A stretch of 64,000 bases of DNA from positions 124,001 through 188,000 of the forward strand of contig NW_027253544.1 of assembly GCF_044704955.1 (NCBI RefSeq). The letters run 5' to 3'. A program made the translations under genes and the position numbers. Below, one piece after another: positions 13,733 through 25,200 of the stretch; within the stretch, counting starts at the first letter, position 1; the number at the start of each line of letters is the position of its first letter. A model generated the notes under the pieces. That model made no database searches. It saw nothing but the letters and a program-made list of their open reading frames with translations, and had not been told where the DNA came from. The stretch comes from Pristiophorus japonicus (Eukaryota).

Positions 13733-13995
13733 ATCATCATAGGCAGTCCCTCGAAATGAGGATGACTTGCTTCCACGCCAAAAAAGGATGAGTTCACAGG
13801 TGTTTCAATGAAGACCCCGAACTACATCCTCAAGGTTGGAAGATGCCTGTGCTTGGATGTTTTTAAAATCTGGTGGCCGTTGCACACCAGCCACCACATG
13901 GGCTTGACAGAGCGAGGTCTTGGTCCAATGGCAAGGGTTAACCAAGACGATTAGAAACCAGCTCTGCTGCATGGACCTAGTGCGTACACATATCT
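13733..13995 (-). mobile_element. RTE-related bipartite non-autonomous element (SINE-like)
   Basis: Shares the RTE 3' tail (gacttgcttccac) and an RTE 5'UTR motif (ccactggaccaagacc); related copies at ~48800-48905 and 58270-58860. Confidence 0.6.
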
Positions 13996-15235
13996 CATCT
14001 AGCCTCCCCTTAAATACATCGATACTATTTGCCTCAACTACTCCACATCTCACCATTCTCTGGGTAAAGAAGTTTCTTCTGAATTCCTAATTGATTTGTG
14101 GGTGACTATCTTATATTGATGTCCTCGAGTGAAAACATTCTCTCTGTAACTACTCGATCAAAACCTTTCATCATTTTAAAGATCTCTATTGGTTACCCCT
14201 CAGCCTTCTTTTATCAAGCAAAAAGAGACCCAGCCTGTTCATCACTTTCTGATAGGTTTACCCTCGCATTTCAATATCATCCTTGTAAGTCTTCTCTGCA
14301 CCCGCTCCAGTGCCTCTATATCCTATCTGTAATATGGTGACCAGAATTGTACGCAGTGCTCCAAGTGTGGTCTAACCAAGGTTTGATACAAGTTTAGCAT
14401 AGCTTCGCTACTTTTCAATTCTGTCCCTCTAGAAATAAACCCCAGTGCCTGGTTTGCTTATTTTATGGCCTTGTTAGTCTGTGTCACAACTTTCATCAAT
14501 TGGTGTATTTGTACTCCGAGATCCCTTTGTTCCTCGACCCCACCCAGACTCGCACGATCCAAACAATAAGTGACCTCCTTATTCTTCCCACCAAAATGTA
14601 ATACCTCACATTTTTCTGTTTGAAATTCATTTGCCAAGTAGATGCCCATTCTACAAGTTTATTAATGTCCTCCTTTATAATTTGTTGCGGTCCTCCTCAG
14701 TATTGACTACCCTCCAATTTAGTGTCATCGGCAAATTTAGAAATTGTGTCTTTGATTCCAAAGTCTAAATCATTAATATAAATTGTGAACAACATTGGTC
14801 CCAGCACTGATCCTTGTAGAACACCACTCCCCACATTCTGCCACTGTCAATAGCTACCCTTCACCCCTCCTCTCTGCTTTCTGTCTTGAGGCCAGCTAGC
14901 TATCCATTCTGTTACTTGTCTCCTGACTCCACCTTCTCTGACCTTATATTTTAGTCTATTTTGTGGTACCTTATTGAAGGCTTTTTGAAAATCTAGATAA
15001 ATGACATCTACTGCATTGCCCTTATCTACTCTCTCTGTTACCTTTTCAATGAGGCTGGTCAAGCAAGACATTTCCTTTTGAAATCCAGGCTGCTATCCAT
15101 TATTATATTTTTGGTTTCTAGATGTGCTTCTATTTTCTCCTTTAGTAGGGATTGCATTATTTTTCCTACGACTAATGTTAAGCTGACTGATCTATAGTTC
15201 CCTGGACATGTTTCATCTCCCTCCTTAAATATAAG
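13996..15235 (-). mobile_element. CR1 LINE RT fragment
   Basis: VDKGNAVDVIYLDFQKAFNKVP; EKCEVLHFGGKN. Confidence 0.9.
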
Positions 15236-15239
15236 AAAG

Positions 15240-16640
15240 GATTGGTGATGGTGAGTGGAAGGGGCCTATAGATGGGGTGGGCTACAACATCGAGAGGAGG
15301 AAGGTTTAGAAACAAGTATCTTTACACTTCCCGGGCTTACGTCACCCACATTCTGGCGGCTTCCATACAGCTGGAGCCATGCTCGGAGCACCACCTGGTG
15401 TGGGCAGAGCTCGCTCCGCTCCGTGAATGGGTGTGGGGTCTGCGCATTGGCATTTTTAAAACCTGCTGCTTGAGGGTGAGCGGTTTTGGGATTCGTTCCA
15501 TCAATTCTGCGATTCATGCCATCAATTCTGGGAACGATGAAGGTTCTGCTGCAGCAGTCCACCCGAAGTGCCCTGGAAATTGGTCGGATGAATACAGCAA
15601 CAGCCTGAGTAAACCCCAAGTAAAGACACAAACCCCCAAGTGAAGGGACTTCTGGAACCCACAGTTTCAGATTCGTCACCCTTGTGTTAAATACATGAAA
15701 AAGCCCAAAAGACTGGAGGTGCTGGTCCGACTCAGGCTCCCAGCTTGGCATCCGAAGGTGGGATGGCTCTGGGAAGCTGCCTCGGGCTGAAGAGACAGGG
15801 AAGGTTGATAGTGAGGCTCTGGGAACAGAGATGAGGGCCTCACGATCAGCCTTCCTGCCGGTTCAGCCCGAGGAAGCTACCTGGAGGCTTCCTGCCTTCG
15901 GAAGCGATTAGTTACAGGCTCATGAATACAAAGGCCGATTGAGTTAGACCCTGCAGACATGAGCCCCCGCCTCGTGGGGGAGGTACCACTGAGGCACACA
16001 TATCCTCCCTTGGAGTGAGAGCCCTTGGAACCTCGATGCCCCATAGGAATTGGGAGAGATCCTGGTACCAGCAGTCACGGACTCCTCCGAGCCAGCTGGT
16101 GCCAGGGGAGGGCTCCCTCTGAATTCTGGGAAGTCTCGGGGCAACAACCAGAGCGTCCATGCTTGAGACTTTCCTGTTAAGTCCCGAGGTGGACCCCTGG
16201 ATGGCACTGGTTGGAGATGATGGCACAGACTGGGCTTTACCCAGTGCCAGTGCAGTTCACCCCAAGCATTGCCGAACTGAGCCTGGAGTTGGAGCAGGGT
16301 TGGTGCTTGTTGCCGGTGCAGGGACATGAGGACTAGATGGGTCTCTGGGGAAGGGGGGATACTGGCCGTTAAATGAAACACAAATTGAAAGGTGTGGAGT
16401 TGGTACTGAGAAATGGATGGGACACAGAGGGAGGGCATCGGGATAATTTCAGTTACACCGCCCGCTCCTGTGGTTTCTCTGCTGGCATTGATTTGATTTC
16501 TGTCACGATGTGCTCTCTCTTGTGTGTCTGATCCACTTGTCTTTGTGGTTTTGTTACTCACAACTTTAGTCTGGAGGTACTTTGATGAAACCGCCCATTT
16601 TCTCTCTCTCATCCTGACGCCAACCGTGTACCTCTAGCAG
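15240..16640 (-). mobile_element. Degenerate DIRS-type retrotransposon, gag-like ORF and RT N-terminal part
   Basis: CSRTFIVPRIDGMNRRI...GFKN (cf. YSRyFlVPKkDGxxRPI...FKM); SSMDALVVAPRLPRI...FLWG (cf. DIRS gag ma.lVvarRhlWL...LFG). Confidence 0.6.
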
Positions 16641-17206
16641 AAGAACAAATGACAGATTTGTTTTTAAATCACTGGATCACAACAAGACAACGACAGGTAC
16701 TTTAGAACGAGCATTGTACAGTAAACCATTGAAGCTGTAAATGTTTAATGCAGATTCTGGGGGCAAAACTATCAACGTGTTTCTTTCCATGTAATGTCAC
16801 TGGCCACAGATTCTGCTGCCACCTGAGTATTAAAGGTTGTGGAGTTGGGGAATTTACACCTTCTTCAGAATCCGAGAGATGGTCCAGAATGGCGGCAATG
16901 CCATCAGGTGAACCAGGATCATTGGGACAAGGAACTTCTCTGACAATCGGAGGGCTATTGGTGGCAGTACCTGAGCCAGCTGACCTGGGAGCAAGTCCTT
17001 GACAAGGACCCAGGGATTGACAAGGTCAGAGGGCACCAGTAACAGCTGGGACAAGAGTTTCCCATCGACTCCTTGTCCCACAGATTATCCCAGTTGATCA
17101 GAACAACGAGCGAGTACTGATCTGGTTTCAGTTCCCAGGGTTTGAACATTGATGTCTGCATGGTCACTGCAGTGGGTTATACTGTTACGCACTCTGACTT
17201 TCACAG

Positions 17207-17613
17207 GGAATTATACAAGCTGGATTAAACAAACCTTCTACAGCAACACCCTTCTGACTGTCAGCTGGTTAGTGATGATTCCATTGTTCACACTCCCTTC
17301 ATCAGGTCTTCTAGCCGGCCACATTCACTCCTAGAGAGATCAGCCAGTTAGTTACAGTCAGTACAGCTCCCTTTCCTTCACTGAAACTGCTTGTGCAACC
17401 TCTTCTGCCTCATGTTGCCCATGTTTACAAACCTATCGTGATGTCAGTGATCACATGATGCACCGGGTAGAGTCAGGCTTGCCCTGTGATGTCACAGTTT
17501 GACCCGTCCAGTGAAAGGGCCTCACCTTGATGTAACTGTGTTTGGCCAGAATCCCCTGGGCTTTAGATTACAAGGACAAGATGCGCTAGAATGCAATAAC
17601 AGCTTTACACTTG
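17207..17613 (+). pseudogene. Putative TM-like exon (17207-17346) and two short cytoplasmic-type exons (17431-17466, 17550-17613), decayed
   Basis: Acceptor ctttcacag, donors GTTAGT/GTAGAG/GTTATG, introns of 84 and 83 nt, phases 1-0, 0-0, 0-1 agree; in-frame TAG and one CAA acceptor. Confidence 0.4.
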
Positions 17614-20600
17614 GTTATGTCCCAGAGAAGAGGGTGCTCGGGCGATGGACAATGATAAACTTGTTTGCCTTCTCCGTGCCCACATCTCTGGGTGGAGGAT
17701 GACTCGAGCACTCCAATGTCCTTCTGAAACAGCGTTTGTGTTTCTTGGGTTTGGAGTGCTGGACGCTCAGATCAACGTTGGTGCAGCAGTCATAAGAACA
17801 TAAGAAATAGGAGCAGGAGTAGGCCATTCGGCCCCTCGAGCCTGCTCCATTATTTAATATGATCATGGCTGATCCGATCATGGACTCAGGTCCACTTCCC
17901 TGCCCGCTCCCCATAACCCCTTAATCCCTTATCAGTTAAGAAATTCTCTATCTCTGCCTTAAATCCATTCAATGACCCAGTATCCAAAGCACTCTGAGGC
18001 AGTGAATTCCACAGGTTTACAACCCTCTGAGAGAAGAAATTCCTCCTCATCTCAGATTTAAATGGGCGGCCCCTTAATCTAAGATAATGCCTCCTAGTTC
18101 TAGCTGGAATAAACAAACCTTCAACAGCAACACCCTTCCGATTGTCAGCTGGTTAGTGATGATTCCATTGTTCACACTCCCTTCACCAGGTCTTCTAGCT
18201 GGCCACATTCACTCCTAGAGAGATCAGCCAGTTAGTCACAGTCAGTACAGCTCCCTTTCCTTCACTGAAACTGCTTGTGCAACCTCTTCTGCCTCATGTT
18301 GCTCCTGTTTACAAACCTATCGTGATGTCAGTGATCACGTGATGCACAGGGTAGGGTCAGGCTTGCCCTGTGATGTCACAGTTTGACCCATCCAGTCAAA
18401 GAACCTCACCTTGATGTAACTGCGTTTGGCCAGAATCCACTGGGCTTTAGATTACAAGGACTAGATGCGCTAGAATGCAATAACAGCTTTACACTTGGTT
18501 ATGACCCGGAGAAGTGGGTGCTCGGGCGATGGACAATGATAAACTAGTTTGCCTTCTCCGTGCCCACATCTCTGGGTGGAGGATGACTCTAGCACTCCAA
18601 TGTCCTTCTGAAACAGCTTTTGTGTTTCTTGGGTTTGGCGTGCTGGACGCTCAGATCAATGATGGTGCAGCAGTCATAAGAACATAAGAACATAGGAAAT
18701 AGGAGCAGGAGTAGACCATTCAGCCCCTCGAGCCTGCTCTGCCATTTAATACGATCATGGACTCAGGTCCATTTCCCTGCCCGCTCCCCATAACCCCTTA
18801 ATCCCTTATCAGTTAAGAAACAGTCTATCTCTGTCTTAAATCCATTCACTGTCCCAGCATCCAAAGCACTCTGAGTCTGTGAATTCCACAGATTTACAAC
18901 CCTCTGAGAGAAGAAATTCCTTCTCATCTCAGTTTTAAGTGGGCGGCCCTTATTCTAAGATTATGCCTCCCAGTTCTAGCTGGAATAAACAAACCTTCCA
19001 CAGCAACACCCTTCAGCTGGTTAGTGATGAATCCATTGTTCACACTCCCTTCACCAGGTCTTCTAGCCGGCCACATTCACTCCTAGAGAAATCAGCCAGT
19101 TAGTCACAGTCAGTACAGCTCCCTTTCCTTCACTGAAACTGCTTGTGCAGCCTCTTCTGCCTCATGTTGCCCCTGTTTACAAACCTATCGTGATGTCAGT
19201 GATCACATGATGCACCGGGTAGAGTCAGGCTTGCCCTGTGATGTCACAGTTTGACCCGTCCAGTGAAAGGGCCTCACCTTGATGTAACTGCGTTTGGCCA
19301 GAATCCCCTGGGATTTAGATTACAAGGACAAGATGCGCTAGAATGCAATAACAGCTTTACACTTGGTTATGTCCCAGAGATAAGGGTGCTCGGGCGATGG
19401 ACAATGATAAACTTGTTTGCCTTCTCCGTGCCCACATCTCTGGGTGGAGGATGACTCTAGCACTCCAATGTCCTTCTGAAACAGCGTTTGTGTTTCTTGG
19501 GTTTGGAGTGCTGGACGCTCAGATCAATGGTGGTGCAGCAGTCATAAGAAAATAAGATCATAAGAACATAAGAAATAGGAGCAGGAGTAGGCCATTCGGC
19601 CCCTCGAGCCTGCTCCACTATTTAATACGATCATGGCTGATCCGATCATGGACTCAGGTCCACTTCCCTGCCCGCTCCCCATAACCCCTTAATCCCTTAC
19701 CAGTTAAGAAATTCTCTATCTCTGCCTTAAATCCATTCAATGACCCAGCATCCAAAGCACTCTGAGGCAGTGAATTCCACAGGTTTACAACCCTCTGAGA
19801 GAAGAAATTCCTCCTCATCTCAGTTTTAAATGGGCGGCCCTTATTCTAAGATTATGCCTCCCAGTTCTAGCTGGAATAAACAAACCTTCCACAGCAACAC
19901 GCTTCCGACTGTCAGCTGGTTAGTGATGATTCCATTGTTCACGCTCCCTTCACCAGGTCTTCTAGCCGGCCACATTCACTCCTAGAGAGATCATCCAGTT
20001 AGTCACAGTCAGTACAGCTCCCTTTTCTTTCCTGAAACTGATTGTGCAACCTCTTCTGCCGCATGTTGCCCCTGTTTACAAACCTATCGTGATGTCAGTG
20101 ATCACGTGATGCACAGGGTAGGGTCAGGCTTGCCCTGTGATGTCACAGTTTGACCCGTCCAGTGAAAGGGCCTCACTTTGATACAACGGTGTTTGGCCAA
20201 AAAGCCTTGGGCCTTAGGTTGGATGTGCTGGAATACAATAACCGCTTTGCACTTGGTTATGACCCAGAGAGTCGGGTGTGCGGGCAATGGGCAGTGATGG
20301 GATTGTTTGCCTTCTCCGTGCCCCCTTCTCTCAGTGGGGCCCAGTTACATGTGTGACTGTTGCTCACCCTGCAGACCGTCCCGAGCAATGCCCCGGGAGG
20401 TCTACCAATGATAAGTAGTTGTCTACATTTACAGAACACGGAGTGAGCACCAAACGCAAGGGCTGGGAGGGGCTGGTCAGTGAGGGAGCTGAGAGTGGGA
20501 CTCAGTAACCATCTGTGAGCAGGCTACAGGCCCCAGACTAACTATTAACAACCCCAAAGAAGATCGAATCACAACAAAATGAACTATTCCAACAAGCTAC

Positions 20601-22014
20601 TGTGCACCAGTATTACTGTATCTATTAAACTCGTTATGTTGCTCATTCTGACTTTCACAAATGATAATACAAGATCAATAGGTTAATCCCAACCTTTCAA
20701 AGCTCACAACCTTCTCTCTAATCTGCTGGTTGATGATGTTTTCATCGTGTTCTCTTCATAAAATTAAAATGGTGAGATATTGTATCCGGCCACATTCACT
20801 GCTAGAGAGATCAGCCAGTTAGTCTCAGTCAGTGCTTTCCTTCACTGAAACTGCTTGTGTCTCAGGTAGCCCCAGGTGACAAACCTATTGTGATGCCTCA
20901 TCTCACTGTGATGCACAGGGTAGGGTCAGGCTTGCCCTGTGATGTCACAGTTTGACCCGTCCAGTTACCTTGATGTAACTGTGTTGGTCAAAAACCCCTG
21001 GGCTTGAGATTAAAATGACTGGATGCACGAGAATTCAACAACAGCTTTACACCTGATTATGACCCAGCAAGCAAATGTATTGACGGAACTGTCGTCAGCA
21101 TCCAAATGTATTGTATGGAATTGCTGACTGCATCCAAATGTACAGAAATTCCTTCCAATGTACCGTGCAAATTTTTATATGAATAAAGTATAGAAATATG
21201 AGGTTATCCACTTTGGTGGTAAAAACAGAGAGACAGACTATTATCTGAATGGTGACAGATTCGGAAAAGGGGAGGTGCAACGAGACCTGGGTGTCATGGT
21301 ACATCAGTCATTGAAGGTTGGCATGCAGGTACAGCAGGCGGTTGAGAAAGCAAATGGCATGTTGGCCTTCATAGCGAGGGGATTTGAGTACATAAGAACA
21401 TAAGAATTAGGAACAGGAGTAGGCCATCTAGCCCCTCGAGCCTGCTCCGCCATTAAACAAGATCATGGCTGATCTGGCCGTGGACTCAGCTCCACTTACC
21501 CGCCCGCTCCCCGTAACCCTTAATTCCCTTATTGGCTAAAAATCTATCTATCTGTGCTTTGAATACATTCAATGAGCTAGCCTCAATTGCTTCCTTGGGC
21601 AGAGAATTCCACAGATTCACAACCCTCTGGGAGAAGAAATTCCTTCTCAACTTGGTTTTAAATTGCCTCCCCTGTATTTTGAGGCTGTGCCCCCTAGTTC
21701 TAGTCTCCCCGACCAGTGGAAACAACCTCTCTGCCTCTATCTTGTCTATCCCTTTCATTATTTTAAATGTTTCCATAAGATCACCCCTCATCCTTCCGAA
21801 CTCCAATGAGTAAAGACCCAGTTGACTCAATCTATCATCATCAGGTAACCCCCTCATCTCCGGAATCAGCCTAGTGAATCATCTCTGTACCCCCTCCAAA
21901 GCTAGTATATCCTTCCTTAAGTAAGGTGACCAAAACTGCACGCAGTACTCCAGGTGTGGCCTCACCAATACCCTGTACAGTTGCAGAAGGACCTCCCTGC
22001 TTTTGTACTCCATC

Positions 22015-22106
22015 CCTCTCGTGGCGCAATGGATAGCGCATTGGACTTCGAATCAGGATGTTTGTAAAACATTCAAAAGTTGAGAGTTCGAGTGTCACCA
22101 AAGGCA
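22015..22106 (+). tRNA. tRNA-Arg pseudogene of the intron-containing Arg-TCT type; anticodon here reads TCG
   Basis: GTGGCGCAATGGATAGCGCATTGGACTTCGA + 19-nt intron + ATTCAAAAGTTGAGAGTTCGAGT; acceptor and T stems degenerate. Confidence 0.8.
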
Positions 22107-22113
22107 GATTTAG

Positions 22114-22205
22114 GCCTACGACCACACTAGTCTGAAAATGCCTGCTCTCATCTGATCTTGAAAACTAAGCAAAGTCAGGCCTTGTTAGTACTTGGATGGA
22201 AGACT
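22114..22205 (+). rRNA. 5S rRNA pseudogene, 3'-truncated (~92 nt)
   Basis: gcctacgaccacac...tctgatcttgaaaactaagc...gttagtacttggatggaagac aligns with vertebrate 5S including the A/C boxes. Confidence 0.85.
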
Positions 22206-25200
22206 GGAGGCTCTATCCCACCCCTGTATTCAGGGGGCACTTGAACTAATTGTTTACCCAAAGAGAGTTTCATGCACAAGGATCCTCAGGGTCCCTCTGC
22301 ACCGCAGCATGTTGTAATTTCTCCCCATTCAAATAATATTCCCTTTTACTGTTTTTTATTCCAAGGTGGATGACCTCACATATTCCGACATTGTATTCCA
22401 TCTGCCAAACCTTAGCCCATTCGCTTAACCTATCTAAATCTCTTTGCAGCCTCTCTGTGTCCTCTACACAACCCGCTTTCCCACTAGTCTTTGTGTCATC
22501 TGCAAATTTTGTTACACTACACTCTGTCCCCTCTTCTAGGTCATCTATGTATATTGTAAACAGTTGTGGTCCCAGCACCGATCCCTGTGGCACACCACTA
22601 ACCATCGATTTCCAACCCGAAAAGGACCCATTTATCCCGACTCTCTGCTTTCTGTTAGCCAGCCAAATCTCTATCCATGCTAATACATTTCCTGTGACTC
22701 CGCGTACCTTTATCTTCTGCAGTAACCTTTTGTGTGGCACCTTATCGAATGCCATTTGGAAATCTAAATACACCACATCCATCGGTATACCTCTATCCAC
22801 CATGCACGTTATATCCTCAAAGTACAGGGACAACGAGGTGTTACTACAGTTGTACAGGGCCTTGGTGAGGCCACACCTGGAGTATTGTGTATAGTTTTGG
22901 TCTCTAACTTGCAGAAGGACATTCCTGCTATTGAGGGAGTGCAGCGAAAGTTCACCAGACTGATTCCCGTGTTGGCGGGACTGACATTTCAAGAAAGACT
23001 GGATCAACTGGGCTTGTATTCACTGGAGTTCAGAAGAATGAGAGGGGTTCTCATCGAAACGTTTAAAATTCTGACGGATTTAGACAGGTTAGATGCAGGA
23101 AGAATGTTCCCAATGTTGGGGAAGTCCAGAACCAGGTGTCACAGTCTAAGGATAAGTGGTAAGCCATTTAGGACCGAGATGAGGAGAAACTTCTTCACTC
23201 AGAGAGTGGTGAACCTGTGGAATTCTCTATCACAGAAAGTTGTTGAGGCCAATTCACTAAATATTTTCAAAAAGGAGTTAGATGTAGTCCTTACTACTAG
23301 GGGGATCAAGGGGTATGGCAAGAAAGCAGGAATGGGGCACTGAATTTGCATCTTCAGCCATGAACTCATTGAATGGCGGTGTAGGCTAGAAGGGCCGAAT
23401 GGCCTACTCCTGCACCTATTTTCCATGTGTCTATGTTTCTATGTTTCTATTTTGAAATATTAAACAAATGACCTCAAGAAGAGGGTGCTCGGGCGATAGG
23501 CAATGATAAACTAGTTTGCCTTCTCCGTGCCCACATCTCTGGGTGGAGGATGATTCTCGCACTCCTATGTCCTTCTGAAACAGCGTTTGTGTTTCTTGGA
23601 GTGCTGGACACTCAGATCAATGGTGGTGCAGCAGTCATAAGAACATAAGAACATAAGAAATAGGAGCAGGAGTAGGCCATTCGGCACCTCGAGCCTGCTC
23701 CGCTATTTAATACGATCATGGCTGATCCGATCAGGTCCACTTCCCTGCCCGCTCCCCATAACCCCTTATTCCCTTATCAGTTAAGAAACTCTCTATCTCT
23801 GCCTTAAATCCATCCAATGACCCAGCATCCAAAGCACTCTGAGTCTGTGAATTCTACAGGTTTACAACCCTCTGAAAGAAGAAATTCCTCCTCATCTCAG
23901 TTTTAAATGGGCGGCCCTTAATCTAAGATTATGCCTCCTAGTTCTAGCTGGAAGAAACAAACCTTCCACAGCAACACCCTTCCGATTGTCAGCTGGTTAG
24001 TGATGATTCCATTGTTCACACTCCCTTCACCAGGTCTTCTAGCCGGCCACATTCACTCCTAGAGAAATCAGCCAGTTAGTCACATTCAGTCCAGCTCCCT
24101 TTCCTTCACTGAAACTGCTTGTGCAGCCTCTCTGCCTCATGTTGCCCCTGTTTACAAACCTATCGTGATGTCAGTGATCACGTGATGCACCTGGTAGGGT
24201 CAGGCTTGCCCTGTGATGTCACAGTTTGACCCGTCCAGTGAAAGGTCTTCACCTTGATGTAACTGCGTTTGGCCAAAAAACCCTGGATTTAGATTACAAG
24301 GTCTAGATGCACTAGAATGCGATAATAGCTTTACACTTGGTTATGACCCAGAGATGTGGGTGCTCGGGCGATGGACAATGATAAACTTGTTTGCCTTCTC
24401 CGTGCCCACATCTCTGGGTGGAGGATGACTCTAGCACTCCAATGTCCTTCTGAAACAGTGTTTGTGTTTCTTGGGTTTGGAGTGCTGGACGCTCAGATCA
24501 ATGGTGGTGCAGCAGTCATAAGAACATAAGAACATAAGAAATAGGAGCAGGAGCAGGCCATTCGGCCCCTCGAGCCTGCTCCACCATTTAATACGATCAT
24601 GGACTCAGGTCCATTTCCCTGCCCGCTCCCCATAACCCCTGAACCCCTTATCAGTTAAGAAACAGTCGATCTCTGTCTGAAATCCATTCAATGGCCCAGC
24701 ATCCAAAGCACTCTGAGTCTGTGAATTCTACAGGTTTACAACCCTCTGAGAGAAGTAATTCCTCCTCATCTCAGTTTTAAATGGGTGGCCCCTTATTCTA
24801 AGAATATGCCTCCTAGTTCGAGCTGGAATAAACAAACCTTCCATAGCAACACCCTTCCGACTGTCAGCTGGTTAGTGATGATTCCATTGTTCACGCTCCC
24901 TTCACCAGATCTTCTAGCCGGCCACATTCACTCCTAGAGAAATCAGCCAGTTAGTCACAGTCAGTACAGCTCCCTTTCCTTCACTGAAACTGCTGGTGCA
25001 ACCTCTTCTGCCTCATGTTGCCCCTGTTTACAAACCTATCGTGATGTCAGTGATCACATGATGCACAGGGTAGGGTCAGGCTTGCCCTGTGATGTCACAG
25101 TTTGACCCGTCCAGTGAAAGGGCCTCACTTTGATACAACGGTGTTTGGCCAAAAAGCCTTGGGCCTTAGGTGGGATGTGCTGGAATACAATAACTGCTTT

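Larger units (their letters stand above)
3538..13775. repeat. Tandem array of five ~2033-bp units (RTE 3' fragment on -, RTE 3' fragment on +, DIRS remnant, short CR1-type tail)
   Basis: Near-identical ORFs recur at ~2032-2033 spacing (4839/6871/8904/10937); units start ~3538, 5604, 7637, 9669, 11702. Confidence 0.95.
21198..23450. mobile_element. Nested CR1 LINEs: + copy (21198-21390, 22821-23450) split by a - copy (21391-22820)
   Basis: CR1 RT motifs on both strands; AGTA(C) repeated at both junctions, as for a TSD. Confidence 0.85.

Noticed and set aside
15944-16612. 222-aa ORF as a novel host gene
   Set aside because: No recognisable domain; overlaps DIRS gag-like motifs in another frame.
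17265-17347. C/D-box snoRNA (GTGATGA with a terminal CTGG/CCAG stem)
   Set aside because: No CTGA D box next to the 3' stem and no recognisable rRNA antisense element.
17527-17556. Minus-strand 30-nt exon with a GTGAG donor in array units
   Set aside because: The next candidate intron would be only 42 nt and the adjacent exon has stops in all frames; the plus-strand model fits better.
20360-20450. Three-way junction resembling a hammerhead ribozyme
   Set aside because: Lacks the CUGANGA and GAAA core.
20946-20996. RSS-like CACAGTT...TCAAAAACC in array units
   Set aside because: Spacer is 35 bp, the nonamer is not conserved across units and no D/J segment is adjacent.
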